64,000 nt of DNA from Epithemia pelagica. Lineage: Eukaryota; Protista; Bacillariophyta. The stretch covers positions 2,976,001-3,040,000 of the forward strand of contig OX337235.1 of NCBI GenBank assembly GCA_946965045.2. The letters run 5' to 3'. Positions 53,163-64,000 of this stretch are shown here, piece by piece. Under the pieces are notes generated by a model. It did no database searches. It saw only the letters and a program-made list of their open reading frames with translations, and had not been told where the DNA came from. The stretch's first letter is position 1. The number at the start of each line of letters is the position of its first letter. The translations under genes were made by a program, and so were the position numbers.

Positions 53163-54450
53163 GATTCTCACCGAAAACTAGGTGGCGAAACCTACAACTC
53201 ATCGAATGATGCTAGTATTTTATGGCATCCGATGACATTTTCCTAAAAGTGAGAAAAGAATGTCGGCATGCTCGCGAAACTATAAATTTGGCCACGGTAT
53301 GCTCGCATTGCACGCGTTATCGGCGACCGCTCGGATATTAACTATGGCCCAACACGTGCGCGCCCAAAACTATCAAGTGCGCGCCTCTACTATCCGAGTA
53401 CGCGCATCCACGATTCGACCTAACGGTCTATGTAATCAAAGCACGAATCACAATCATGCGAGACCATATCTCTGTTCCCACAAATCCAAGAATGCAAACA
53501 GCAACGCGCCCAGGACAAGACTTATACCACGACAAAGCAAGAGCTGTTGCATCCCATACATGTTATCCATCACCCTATACATTCAATATACACCAATGCC
53601 GGTCTACTCCAACCAGTGAGGACCTATCACACCAGATCCATGGCCGTATACAAGAGCCAGGACTTCGGCACCATCAACCACCTTAGTTAGTAATCGTCTC
53701 ACAATCATTAATATCACCATTTTAACACTCATCTTAAGACTAACCTCTTATCAGTGGACCGACTGCCCCCACCCACGGCGGACTTCGACTTGCAACTCTT
53801 CTCTGACCCGTGGAGGATTGTTGTATCGGTTGGTGATTCGATTGTCGGCTCAGCGAGCCTTTTACCTATCCTACCTATCTGTCTAACCCCTGTTGAATCG
53901 AGAGAAGTTTATCACAAACCAGCCAACAATCAAACAACAAAAGAATTACAAGAAGGGGAAAGGAAAAGATATTCCACTCGACCATAAGCAGCTTATACCT
54001 AGTCTACTCGTACAACATGAGACAAAACCAAAGGATCATGCATGAACAAAAGGAAAGATTGCAGCAGTGATGAGTAAGAAGAAAGAAAAGGAGACAACAA
54101 GATTAGAAATAAGCAGCAGTAGTGAGAAGTTAGAAGTGATTCAGCCCAGCATGATCCGTCCATGGTTCTTACCTCACGTCATGGTCAAGCATTTGCCTCG
54201 GTTTTGGGTTTTGTGACAGACGAGAGCGAGAGGGTTGTCCAAATTTATGAGCATTCGTCTCAAACAAGGACGCAAGCCGACCTTGACGTAACGGTGTTGG
54301 CAATTAGAGATACTCCTACTTAGAGCTACCTGAAGCAGTGGCGGGCGACATTGAAAACAGGATAGGGTTGGGGATTTGTCTGGCCGCCTCACCAATATGG
54401 AGGGGAAATAATGGCGAATGGTTCGCAAAGGGAATGGTGCGAAAAAGCTA

Positions 54451-55027
54451 CTCCCTCTGTAATCCCTTTGTTGCACCAAAAAAAGGGGAATTGCGTCATT
54501 TCATGGGCGTATGTCCGTTGGTCAAAAAAATTATATAGACTTAAAGCTCTTTTTAGTACGAACATTTCGGTATATAATTTATATGTTCGATCTCGTATTC
54601 CTGACGACCTGTGATAAAAAAAGGGACGAATTGGAAGCACCTACTCCTACTTTCATCCCGTACCGGTTGATCCTTATATGCCTCCTAGGAGAGCGCGAGG
54701 GCCAGGACGCTCTATTGGAGTGTCAAAGGGACCAAAGTTGCCGGCACAATGCTGTGGTCGGGCCATTTTGACCCTCATCACCATGGTCAATCAGGGCACC
54801 TTTTTCTGAGGTGCTTTGACTTCCGTCGCCAAATATTTTGTACTTTTCGTATAGTAGTGTAGAGGCGCGCATGTCATTCTATATGATCCCCCATATTATT
54901 CTTAGACTTTGATACTCCGAATGAGCCAGCCGTCCTCCTTTAGGTTTGTACTGGAGTATACGTGAATTTTTAATGCGACTAAAATAACCAAAAACCAATT
55001 GGTGCAACAAAGGGTTTACAGAGGGAG
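54451..55027. mobile_element. Stowaway-like (Tc1/mariner) MITE, 577 bp
   Basis: ~29-bp TIR CTCCCTCTGTAA(T/A)CCCTTTGTTGCACCAA; TA TSD at 54449-54450 and 55028-55029; the empty site has a single TA at 36228-36229. Confidence 0.92.
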
Positions 55028-55281
55028 TATTTCTCTTTCCGACTTCCGACTCGCTCGCGGGAACAAAAACTCGCTCCGAAAACAGCACCCACAAAAAACA
55101 GACACGGTTGTGGGTTGTTTCGCATCGTGTGCGGCGTGTGGGATTCATTTTTCCTTCGGTGCCCACAAATGGGAAGAGTTTGGCAAAGCAGACATTTCTT
55201 GTCCAATATCCCTGCATCCAAGTAGACAGGTCGCAGCAAACCCACTGTATACCGTATTCGCCAGGCATCGTCCATTCCAAG

Positions 55282-56898
55282 ATGAGCCAAGAAGCTGATT
55301 ATCGCATCCGCGATCTGCAGATCGAAGTAAACCTTCTTCCCAGCCACAGCAATAGCCCTAGAAACGACTCCGACGCTCCAAAGATTACGCAGTCCACCAC
55401 GATCTCGACGAACGAGTCGCCATCGTTTTCCTTCAGCAGTGCAACTGAATCGTTTGAGTTGAAGACACCAACGGATCAGCCCACCAAGCCAGAGTCCTAC
55501 GAAACTATGAGTCTAACTCCCACCATGAAGATTCCCATCGACCAAGCTCACGAGAAAATCAAGGAAGATGGTATTCTCAAATTGAATTGGGTAAAGAAAC
55601 ACCATGTTCGTTGCATCTACTTCCTTTATGGAATTGGTTACGCTCGTGACGACAACAACGACACACGCGTCGAGAAGATAAAAAAGATGATAGTCCCGGC
55701 AAAAGCATTCGAGCGCCTGAAAAGTATTGCGGTGTCCGAATTACAAGACAAGGTCATGCTCGGTGCAGGAGCGTTTGAGAAGTACCTTCGTTTCGCCTCT
55801 ACGGTGCGAATTGTCTTCAAAAAGAAGAATGCAGGCGGCGGATTCCCTCGGGAAGCCGTGCTTTGCACCCAAAAGAGCCGTAATTGCTATTTGACTAGTG
55901 CCTGTGTTTGGGCCACTCTGCAGAGTCAATTCGATTTACCTGGAAATGATAAAGCCTACCAGCTCCCTGACATTTCACAAGTTGCGCGTCGTCATATCTT
56001 GGACGAAGACGTGGGAGCTGCAAGTTTCGACAGACGCTTGGAGGATCGTGTGGTTCATGACAGAGGGTACTCTGCTCGTAAGCTTGCTCAAAAGCTTGTC
56101 GGCTGGGAGGGATCACAAGAAGCAGCATGGCGAATAATCATGCTAGACTCGGGCGAAAAAACCAAAGACAAAGTGGACTATGCTTGGATTGAGTGGGAAA
56201 ACAACATACTCTCTACTTACATCGAGGCCCTTGTTGGAGAACAACACAAGATTGGCCTCGTTACAAACTTTCGCGTTGCAAAACCATTTCGAACAGCCTC
56301 AGAGAAAGAGACGTCTGGAATTGGGTACTGGAAGTTTGATGGCGACAACATTGATACACAAGGCGAGTTTGTAAACCTGCCCGAAGACGAGGATTACGGA
56401 ACGGAAAAGACCAGACTCTCGAAACTCTGGAACAAACAGATGAAAGACATAAAAGCTGAAAAAGCCTTTCGCAAAGCATCGTTGGATGGTCTCTTTCCGG
56501 ACAGTATGTTCAAAAATTCTGTAGAGGAAGAGGGAAATGATGAAGAGCGCCTCGACCAGAATTCTCCTGGGCGAAATGATCAAGCGCAAGACCCCAAGCA
56601 TTCCATGGTCCTTCTTGGCACGGTCCGAGAAACGAGTCGTCTTCCGAGTGGCTATGAAAAAGAGGAAGACAGGGTGTTCTTCTTTCTGTTGAACTCGTGG
56701 GGAAATATGCCGTGTGTTTTGGTGTCGATCGAGTATTTGCGTGCATGCGGCGCATATGTAAATTTCATTAACAAACGACTAGACCAAGTTCCTGAGCTGG
56801 AGCGAAATTTCCGTTTGGCTGGAGAATGCAGCTTTCACGAAGATGGTGGGGACGACTCTTATTTCACAAGTTGGGAAAAGGAGGAAGACGATTATTAG
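55282..56898 (+). CDS. Papain-like cysteine peptidase, copy 2
   Basis: Same length as copy 1 with about a dozen substitutions. C/H/N motifs intact. Confidence 0.7.
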   Translation: MSQEADYRIRDLQIEVNLLPSHSNSPRNDSDAPKITQSTTISTNESPSFSFSSATESFELKTPTDQPTKPESYETMSLTPTMKIPIDQAHEKIKEDGILKLNWVKKHHVRCIYFLYGIGYARDDNNDTRVEKIKKMIVPAKAFERLKSIAVSELQDKVMLGAGAFEKYLRFASTVRIVFKKKNAGGGFPREAVLCTQKSRNCYLTSACVWATLQSQFDLPGNDKAYQLPDISQVARRHILDEDVGAASFDRRLEDRVVHDRGYSARKLAQKLVGWEGSQEAAWRIIMLDSGEKTKDKVDYAWIEWENNILSTYIEALVGEQHKIGLVTNFRVAKPFRTASEKETSGIGYWKFDGDNIDTQGEFVNLPEDEDYGTEKTRLSKLWNKQMKDIKAEKAFRKASLDGLFPDSMFKNSVEEEGNDEERLDQNSPGRNDQAQDPKHSMVLLGTVRETSRLPSGYEKEEDRVFFFLLNSWGNMPCVLVSIEYLRACGAYVNFINKRLDQVPELERNFRLAGECSFHEDGGDDSYFTSWEKEEDDY

Positions 56899-59116
56899 CC
56901 TTGAACTCGAGGGAAGCAACCACAGAGCCATGTTTGTGTGTAATGCGAGTAGGCTAACACCAACACGGTTCGTCAAATCGGTTAGAGTCCCAATATTGGC
57001 ATGTCTTGTGAATCCAGTTGCAAGGCTGAGTTTTGGGGATCATCGGAGAAATCCTAATTTGACATGTCTAGTACAAGATTTATAAAAAAGTTTACTTGAT
57101 GATACGCGTTAGTCGCAGGTGTGCGATTATCACGGCGACGTTGTTGCTCGCCCACTCGTTGCGCTGTACTTAGAGTGACTTGATTAGATCACCGGATCAC
57201 CAATCGCTCTTCGTTCATACTAGACCAGGTCACCTTGTATTCGTCCCGCTCCCTGACAGTCCCAATATTGTCACTGACCATGGCTGCATTGGTTTTAGCA
57301 GTGGACGAAAGTGGTCCATCAACAGTGACCAATCTTATCCATGGATGCCTTTCGTCCCGCGAGAATGATGCCACTACGACCAAAACTGCCAAAGAATGCA
57401 TCGCTAGAGCTTTGCCTCACTGTGAAGGAAGTCAATAGACATGAGTTCCCGGTTTTGTGGTCGTGGCGCACTCAGTGACGATGAAAATACTTTGTTTGAA
57501 TCCGTTATTCATTGTCAAGACTCAATTCCGTACAACCTTTTGGATTGACCACTTTCACAGTCATCGGAGATTAGAACCATCAGCAATCCATTCAATTCAT
57601 TAGGCACATATTGTAGAGCATTCAATCACTAGACCCCAGGACTCACCACCGCTGGGAGAAAAGGGACACCACATTTCCTTTAAATTACGCCGGCACCAAC
57701 TCCCGAAGCCCCGGCACCATGGAACTCCCCCGCTGTTCCAAATGTTCCAAAGGAAAAAATTACGACAGTCGAGTTTTTCTCCCACCTTTACTTTTACCGT
57801 GGTTGTAATCCAAGGAGAGATGCGGCAAAGAGTTCGTTGGAAGGAAGAGAGTTGGCGCTGCTACGGAAATTTTGAGAAACGGCAAAGACAGTTTCGTCAA
57901 AGAAGGTTGCCATATCTGTATTGCACGAGACATAGCCGAGGCCGTCTGGGAAGAGGCAAACCCTGGAGCGGCTGTAGGTGAAACAAGAATGAGAGACCCA
58001 TTTTACGGAGTTGGCGCGCGTACCGACTCTTTGGATCTTCTTCATTTTGTTCACGCCGAGTAGATGAACTTTTCATTCCAATGGTACGAGACTGTTGAAA
58101 CCGATGGAGCTATTAGGGCAAACCCGATAGCTCCGTAATTTGCCATTGTTCCGTCGAGCAGAACTGGAAAAACGGTGTACGATTACAAGAACCATGTTGC
58201 GGAACGCGCGAACAATGAGTTTTCCAACTACCATGTCGTGCTAGTCTCCTGCCTGAAGCCAACGAACCAAAATCATGGCTACGATAATCTTTTCCGAAGC
58301 GCGCGAAGCGACGCGGACTTGAGAAGGATTGGCGTTGAATTTCGCAGTTTCCTTGGCAGCCTCATTCCAACGGACAAAAATCGCATCGTGCTCATTTTGG
58401 ATGAAGCTCAGCACTTGGCAAACATGAACAACGGATTTCTGGTGAGGTCCCTTCGGTGGTTCTTGCGGGAAAGGAGGAGTCAAGTACGAGTAGTGGCAGT
58501 ACTTTTTGGCTACATCCGGTTCAATAGCCGCCTTGTTTCCTGAAGAGGAGAATGCCACGTCGTTTTCCCCGATTGGGAGACCATGACACGAAGTTCTTCA
58601 TGAACGTATCGAAAGATTTGTTCCCGCCCATGGTTGACTTGTGGACAGTGGGTTCTTTGTCGAAGCGGATTGTCGCCAGAAACAGCGAATGAGTACACCT
58701 GGGCAGTACCCTTCGGAAGGCCACGTCATGGTTCTTGTAATTGCGTCCAACTCGTTTGATGTCAGGTCCCCTCAGTATGTTGGCCTGTATGAAGGATGAA
58801 GGCAAGCGCGTAAAATCGGTTGCCGTGAAGCAACTTGATGCATCGCGCCATACAGTTCCGTAGTTTGTTATGTGGCACGTCGAAATTGCTGGGATTGAGG
58901 AAGTCATCCGTTTTGGTTTCTTTTTCAGAATGAGTTGATCTGACATCACATCTATCTTTTATAGCTAGCCAGTGCCAATCATGGTAATCACATCCTTCTA
59001 GCTAGCTATTCAAGCCATATCACACCAGAGCTTTTCTCCGTGACCAATGGAGAGAACCCCATAACCCCCCGTGTTTGGTACAATGGCGAGGACAGGGTAT
59101 TGTGTTGTCGGAACTG

Positions 59117-59921
59117 GGGTGTGGGGTAAACCTGATATTCTAAGACCCCCATTATCGACCAAATGCTTACTATGACCAAAATCATATGAGGTACTCGTCT
59201 AGAATCGATGATGTTAACTATGCTCTTCAAGCTCTTTGTAGAGGGATTATTGTGGTAATTTCTCTGTACCGATAGGTTGTTGAAACCGACCTGGGTCGTT
59301 TTTGGGTATGACAGCTTTTTCCTGATCAGACCGGGTCTGACGCGGTCTGACCGCCAAAATTTCAGTTGCCTATAAATCGTCAACAACATCGCCAACTGTA
59401 AAAGTCAAGCGACCCACATATTGCCCATGATAGGGGTTATCTGTGGGTCGCTTTACATTCAACATAATGTCATGAGAATACACTTTGGGTCGGTCTTGAA
59501 AAACAGCCCAGGTCGAAAAAAACGACCCAGGTCGTTTTTTCAAAACCGACCCAGGGCATATACACTCCTTTAAATGAAGGATTTCAAGCGACCCACAGAT
59601 AACCCATATCATGGGCAATATGTGGGTCGCTTGACTTTTACAATTGGCGATGCTGTTGACGAGTTATGGGCAATTGAAATTTTGGCGGTCAGACCGCGTC
59701 AGACCCGGTCTGATCAGGAAAAAGCTGTCATACCCAAAAACGACCCAGGTCGGTTTCAACAACCTATCGGTACAGAGAAATTACCACAATAATCCCTCTA
59801 CAAAGAGCTTCAAGAGCACAATGTAGTTAACATCATCGATTCTACTCATATGAGTAATGTGATTTTGGTCTACAAACTTGGTCGATAATGGGTCTGAGAA
59901 TATCAGGTTTACCCCACACCC
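59117..59921. mobile_element. Foldback MITE, 805 bp, with ~337-bp inverted arms and a CTG TSD
   Basis: Arms 59117-59453 and 59586-59921; termini GGGTGTGGGG...CCCCACACCC; CTG at 59114-59116 and 59922-59924. The empty site (GGAACTGGAACGG, ~19950-19962) has a single CTG. Confidence 0.92.
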
Positions 59922-60123
59922 CTGGAACGGCGAATAGAACAAACCCCCAGAAAACACTACCGTATTTCTGGGAAACCTGTTGCTGTCTACACTGGTGAAA
60001 AATATAGATATTCGCTTACAGTCATGTAGACAATAGATTGAAAGCGAGCTTTCCACTCTTTCGACCACGGGGCAAGGTAGGTAGGTGCTCTAAAATACCA
60101 CAATATTGGAATGCAAAGTACCG

Positions 60124-60569
60124 TCAATATCCTGATTGGAAGTGCACGTTTGATTCTTCGACATGGTTTTTTTTCCAGACCTGAGGAATGAGAATGTCCG
60201 GAATCTGCATCTCGTGCCGAAATGACTATGGCTGTGCTGAATCACGTGTATAGGGGCGATCCACGAAGTAGAAAACATCGCCTGACGTACCAAAGAGAAC
60301 CGTTTTATGTCTTTCGGTACAAGAATGCAAAAACTCATCGTCATCATCATCGTCATCGAAAAAGTCGTCGTCGTCATCATCATCATCGTCATCGAAAAAG
60401 TCGTCGTCGTCATCATCATCATCACCGAAAAAGTCACCAGCAACATCTTCCTCATCATCAAATTCCTGATCTTGATCCCCCTCGACCTCAGGGTCATAGC
60501 GAGACACTACTTCAACTGTGTATTCAATATCGCCAATACTGTTTTGATACCGATGGACTGGACGACAAA
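60124..60569 (-). pseudogene. 3' fragment of SET paralogue 2, left by a deletion equivalent to 20571-22907
   Basis: Matches 20158-20570. One acidic-tract unit is duplicated relative to copy 1. Confidence 0.85.
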
Positions 60570-60711
60570 GAGATCAACCTCCCAAACTTGCTTTGGAGAT
60601 ACAAACGGTTTTCTAGTACATGTCAAAGAACGACAAATAAGTCATGCGTACTGCTTGCACTACTTGTCATTTGAAGTCGATTCATGGAAAAAAGAGTTGC
60701 TTCATGTGCAG

Positions 60712-62784
60712 CTATACAAATACTTTGACTTGGTTGTATCGAGCGGTAGCAACTGCCAGGTGCTTCGAATCCGGTTGGAAATCATGCAGCACTGTCAGTG
60801 CAAAGATGTACCCTACCTCATCCAGTATTTTGTGACACTTGGTTTCAATTCGATGCGAAGAGAGGGGATCGACTTTCATGACATTGTCACTTGTATCCAC
60901 GTCACCGTCGCCATTACCTGTTTGCGAGTTGCTTCGTCCTTGGTCGTCCTTTTCGCCTCACAGTTGCGCCGACTTCCACAATTGAACAGTCGCATCGTAT
61001 TTGCCACCGGCCGTTAGCAAGTCCCCGTTGGGTAAGGGAAGCATACACTGGACAGCATCCTTGGTATGGCCACCAAGGGTCGAAACAACGGCAATCCTCT
61101 CGATGCTGTCGACTGAAACGTTCTTTGCCATTTTCAAAACATAAACTGCCCGTCCCAATGGAACCGACACTTGTCCTTCTCCCCGCGACGACGAGGCAAC
61201 GTTAGGGTTACCAGTTCCGTTGGTGGACACTACAATATCCCCGTCCATGGTTGTTTCGAGACAAACGATGGAGCACCCCTCACCCGTTTCGGGTGTTAAT
61301 CTCACATAAAACGACTCTTGTACGGACACCGAGGACGAGGCTGGGGTGGAGGAAACGTTCTGCGGCAATGACATGTCCGTCGCCAGTACCTTCCAAAATC
61401 GCAACCCACCCGTTACATCTCCGGCAATCAACCACGTGGGCTCTCCGACTGCCGTGCCAGGCACAACGGTGAGACAGGTCAACGGTGCGGCTCCTTCACT
61501 GTCACGGGCCTCCAAGACCAGGGATCGGAGGACCGGCCGCGTAGAGACGTCCGACGTTGTGGACGTGGTCACATCGGAAAACCATAGTTGAATGCATTTC
61601 GACATGCGATCCAGCTGATCTTGCAAGGCTTGTTCTTGTGCTTCGGCTTGTGCCCGACGTTGCCGTTCCACTTCAGTTTGCGGAGCCAAATGAAACTGAT
61701 GCGGATTGGGCAGTCGAGTACTTTCAAAGCGTGCCGCCAAACACACGAGAGAGGGTGCCATCGTCTCGGGTTGGTTGTTGTGGTTGGGTGCTACCGCAAG
61801 CGCAAGGGGAACGTGTCGCAAGGACGTGGGACTCGCCGCTCCAGGCATGGGACTGGCAAGTTCCAGAATTTCGTGGGCAGTGTCCTCGTTCATGGAATAC
61901 GACCACAAACGAATCGTCCCCCGTCCTGTCGTCGCAAACAAAGTAGAGAAGGAGGAGGAAGAAGACAACGAATTTGCGGAACAATCCTCCAACACATCAA
62001 TGCTTTGGACACCCCCACTACTATTCTGGAAAAATGGATGACCCTGGTGTACCAGATCGTCTTGCAGCACGCCATGTCTCCAAAATTGAATATGCCCATC
62101 ATCCAAGGCACTAATGAGGGTTCCATTTTGTGGCAAGACGGCCAAATCGTTGATATACGCTCGTCGTAGTTCCATCCCCATCACCACCCGACCTAGTACT
62201 GTTGTTGTTGCAGCAGCAGCAGCAGAGGTATTTGTATCGGATGATGTTGAATCTGCTTTTGCATCGTCTTTCTTTGTCGGTTGTTGCTGCTCCAAGAGCA
62301 AGGATTCAATGTGTCGTTGGGGTATCCCCGATACGTAATGGTTGTACGCGTACCATTCGGTTTTGTTGTCATTTCGTTCGTACGGTGGTTTCTGTATGGC
62401 CGGTATCATCCCAATGACTTGGTCTGATTCTGGGTCATTGTTTCTCATGGCCATTCTTCGTTCTTGTTCTTGCAATTCTTGAGGTGTCATGTCTTCGACA
62501 AACTTGATGGGTGTGGCGGACTGTTGTGGTAAGACGGCGGCCGATCCAATCAAGGTCACTACCATGGTGGTTGTCGACAGCGAACTAAACGAATAGTCGT
62601 CCTGGAGGATTCCCTTCCAACCACCCTTTTTGGCCAATAGCTTTTGTCGTTCGACGGGGACACCCGTCAAGGATTGTATCCGTTCCTTGAAGGATGCCAG
62701 CGAATCGACGTGTGGATCCAACTCCATCGAAAACGTTTGTTTGGACCATTTCAAGGTAATGGCAATCATTTTCATTTTGTACAA
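60712..62784 (-). pseudogene. UBL-WD40 gene, copy 2, with CGA>TGA at 60958-60960
   Basis: Copy 1 has CGA at 23344-23346. The frame continues through 60712-60900 to the same C-terminus. Confidence 0.8.
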
Positions 62785-63145
62785 TGCACGCTTGCTTCTT
62801 TCAATGCTCTTTTATGCAGCAACCGAAGGTTATTGGAGCTTTTGTGAAGATGGTGAAGGATGATCCGTCACTGTGATGGGTTGATGTTGACAAAGATTGG
62901 TGTCCCGAGTCGGGTGTTTGCGGCTTCCATTTGGATCGATTGTGTTCTTGGACGCGTTCTCGTTACACATTTTCCGGACGACGGACGAGCGAGCTCGACG
63001 CTATGTGCTCTTCACTTCTCTATTGGGAGTAGGAGTATCTAGAGAGCTACGAGGAGCTACTCCTAGTATCGATGTGCCGATGCCGAAGAGATCATGATTC
63101 CTCTCTATATTTTGGTTGCATCCTTTTCTCTAGAGCAGTGACTAT

Positions 63146-64000
63146 CTATACTGAAGCCGCATTCAAGAAATCTCCGCTCCGGAATTTAAGTCTCGCACCG
63201 TTCAATGGTCCCCATGTCATTTGGACCACAGCATTCGTGGACGCAATGTATCGAGAAAAATCGGGGCCGAGAACCAGTGCCACTTCTCTCCGTCCACTTT
63301 GATTGTCATTATCTGCCCGTATCTGAAGAAAATACAGTTTGGAAATATCGCCCTTCGTATTGGTCACGACATCCATCTCAAGGATCACATCGCCAGAAGA
63401 AAACGGTTGTGCATAGATGGATGCCGAAACAACCCGCACCACGCTATCAAGAGTTTTCTTCATCTTGATGAACCATGGAGTGCTTTTGAAGCTGGAAGTT
63501 TCAACCACACTAGTCACAAGGTCATTGGCTGTGATTGTGGAGTTGTTGGCGTCATTGCACATGGTATCAACCGTTATATCAACCATCGCGTTCTGGAAAC
63601 TATTCACCTTGTTTCCGAACACAAGAGACATGGAGTTCGACTCGGATTTCCCAAGCGCAATGTTTTCAGTGACAGTGCACATCCACTCCATGGTTTGTGT
63701 GTTGACCTCCAGGTTAATGTTGGAATTTTTCAAAGAGAGCGATTTCTTTTGCGGCAGGATTGGTAACGTCAAATCGCTAATCACACGCCCTCCAATGCGC
63801 CATGCCTTTGATTCAGAATCATCTTTGCTGATATGAACCTTGGCAGCAAGTGTGTGTGAATTGTCCAGTTTTGCAACCAAGGTCCCATAGCCGGATATGG
63901 AAGGCTTGCCCATTTTTTGTATTGTCATCTTGACATCTTTTAGGGCAATGTCCTTGGTGAGCCGAATTGCCTTTTCCCTTGTCACAACCAACTTGCCCTG
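63146..64000 (-). CDS. 3' part of the duplicated unknown protein (copy of 25568-~26420), cut by the window edge
   Basis: Near-identical translation in the ORF track. Confidence 0.55.
   Translation of the reverse strand, partial: QGKLVVTREKAIRLTKDIALKDVKMTIQKMGKPSISGYGTLVAKLDNSHTLAAKVHISKDDSESKAWRIGGRVISDLTLPILPQKKSLSLKNSNINLEVNTQTMEWMCTVTENIALGKSESNSMSLVFGNKVNSFQNAMVDITVDTMCNDANNSTITANDLVTSVVETSSFKSTPWFIKMKKTLDSVVRVVSASIYAQPFSSGDVILEMDVVTNTKGDISKLYFLQIRADNDNQSGRREVALVLGPDFSRYIASTNAVVQMTWGPLNGARLKFRSGDFLNAASV

Larger units (their letters stand above)
40931..53914 (+). mobile_element. Ty1/copia (CoDi-like) LTR retrotransposon, full length, with a nested insertion in its 5' LTR
   Basis: CAAAC TSD at 40926-40930 and 53915-53919. 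The 758-bp LTRs have TG...CA ends; the 5' LTR is 40931-41363 plus 46170-46494 and the 3' LTR is 53157-53914. Domain order gag-PR-IN-RT-RH. Confidence 0.95.
54418..57104 (+). repeat. Segmental duplication of 36197-38304 (protease locus)
   Basis: Collinear near-identical sequence apart from the MITE insertion. Confidence 0.95.
57597..64000 (+). repeat. Segmental duplication of 10705-10902 plus 18636-~26420 (lacks YR element 1; has a MITE insertion and a 2.3-kb deletion)
   Basis: Collinear matches and duplicated ORFs in the track. Runs to the window end. Confidence 0.95.

Noticed and set aside
59370-59826. Similar ORFs on opposite strands
   Set aside because: A by-product of the foldback palindrome.
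1-64000. CRISPR arrays, rRNA or tRNA genes, prokaryotic operons
   Set aside because: None seen. The only tRNA-related signal is the PBS complement.

Overview
Eukaryotic nuclear DNA, most likely from a diatom. This is inferred from short GT-AG introns, a CoDi-like Ty1/copia polyprotein and secreted tandem-SET genes. The window is a transposon-dense mosaic of segmental duplications. It contains: the 3' end of a Ty3/gypsy element with its 3' LTR; two diverged ~7.7-kb tyrosine-recombinase (YR) retrotransposons (10903-18635 and 27053-34811, both minus strand); a 13-kb Ty1/copia element (CAAAC target-site duplication, TSD) whose 5' LTR is interrupted by an antisense, internally deleted relative (AATAT TSD); and a Stowaway-like MITE, an 805-bp foldback MITE and two inverted-repeat modules. 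Host-type genes are two tandem-SET paralogues plus a fragment, a UBL-WD40 gene (two copies), a papain-like protease (two copies), Crinkler-like NTPase pseudogenes and unknown ORFs. Because parts of the window are duplicated, several insertions can be compared with their empty sites. Most interesting: (1) the YR retrotransposons show no long inverted or split direct repeats by eye, share only 8-9 nt termini, and copy 1 inserted with zero target duplication; (2) in both, gag and pol are in one frame separated by a single UGA-C followed after exactly 9 nt by a stem-loop, suggesting programmed readthrough; (3) both copia elements have a primer-binding site (PBS) complementary to the anticodon arm of tRNA-Asn(GUU), carry an extra ORF0 upstream of gag, and one has TA...TA LTR ends. 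All alignments were made by eye, and some lesions could be assembly errors.
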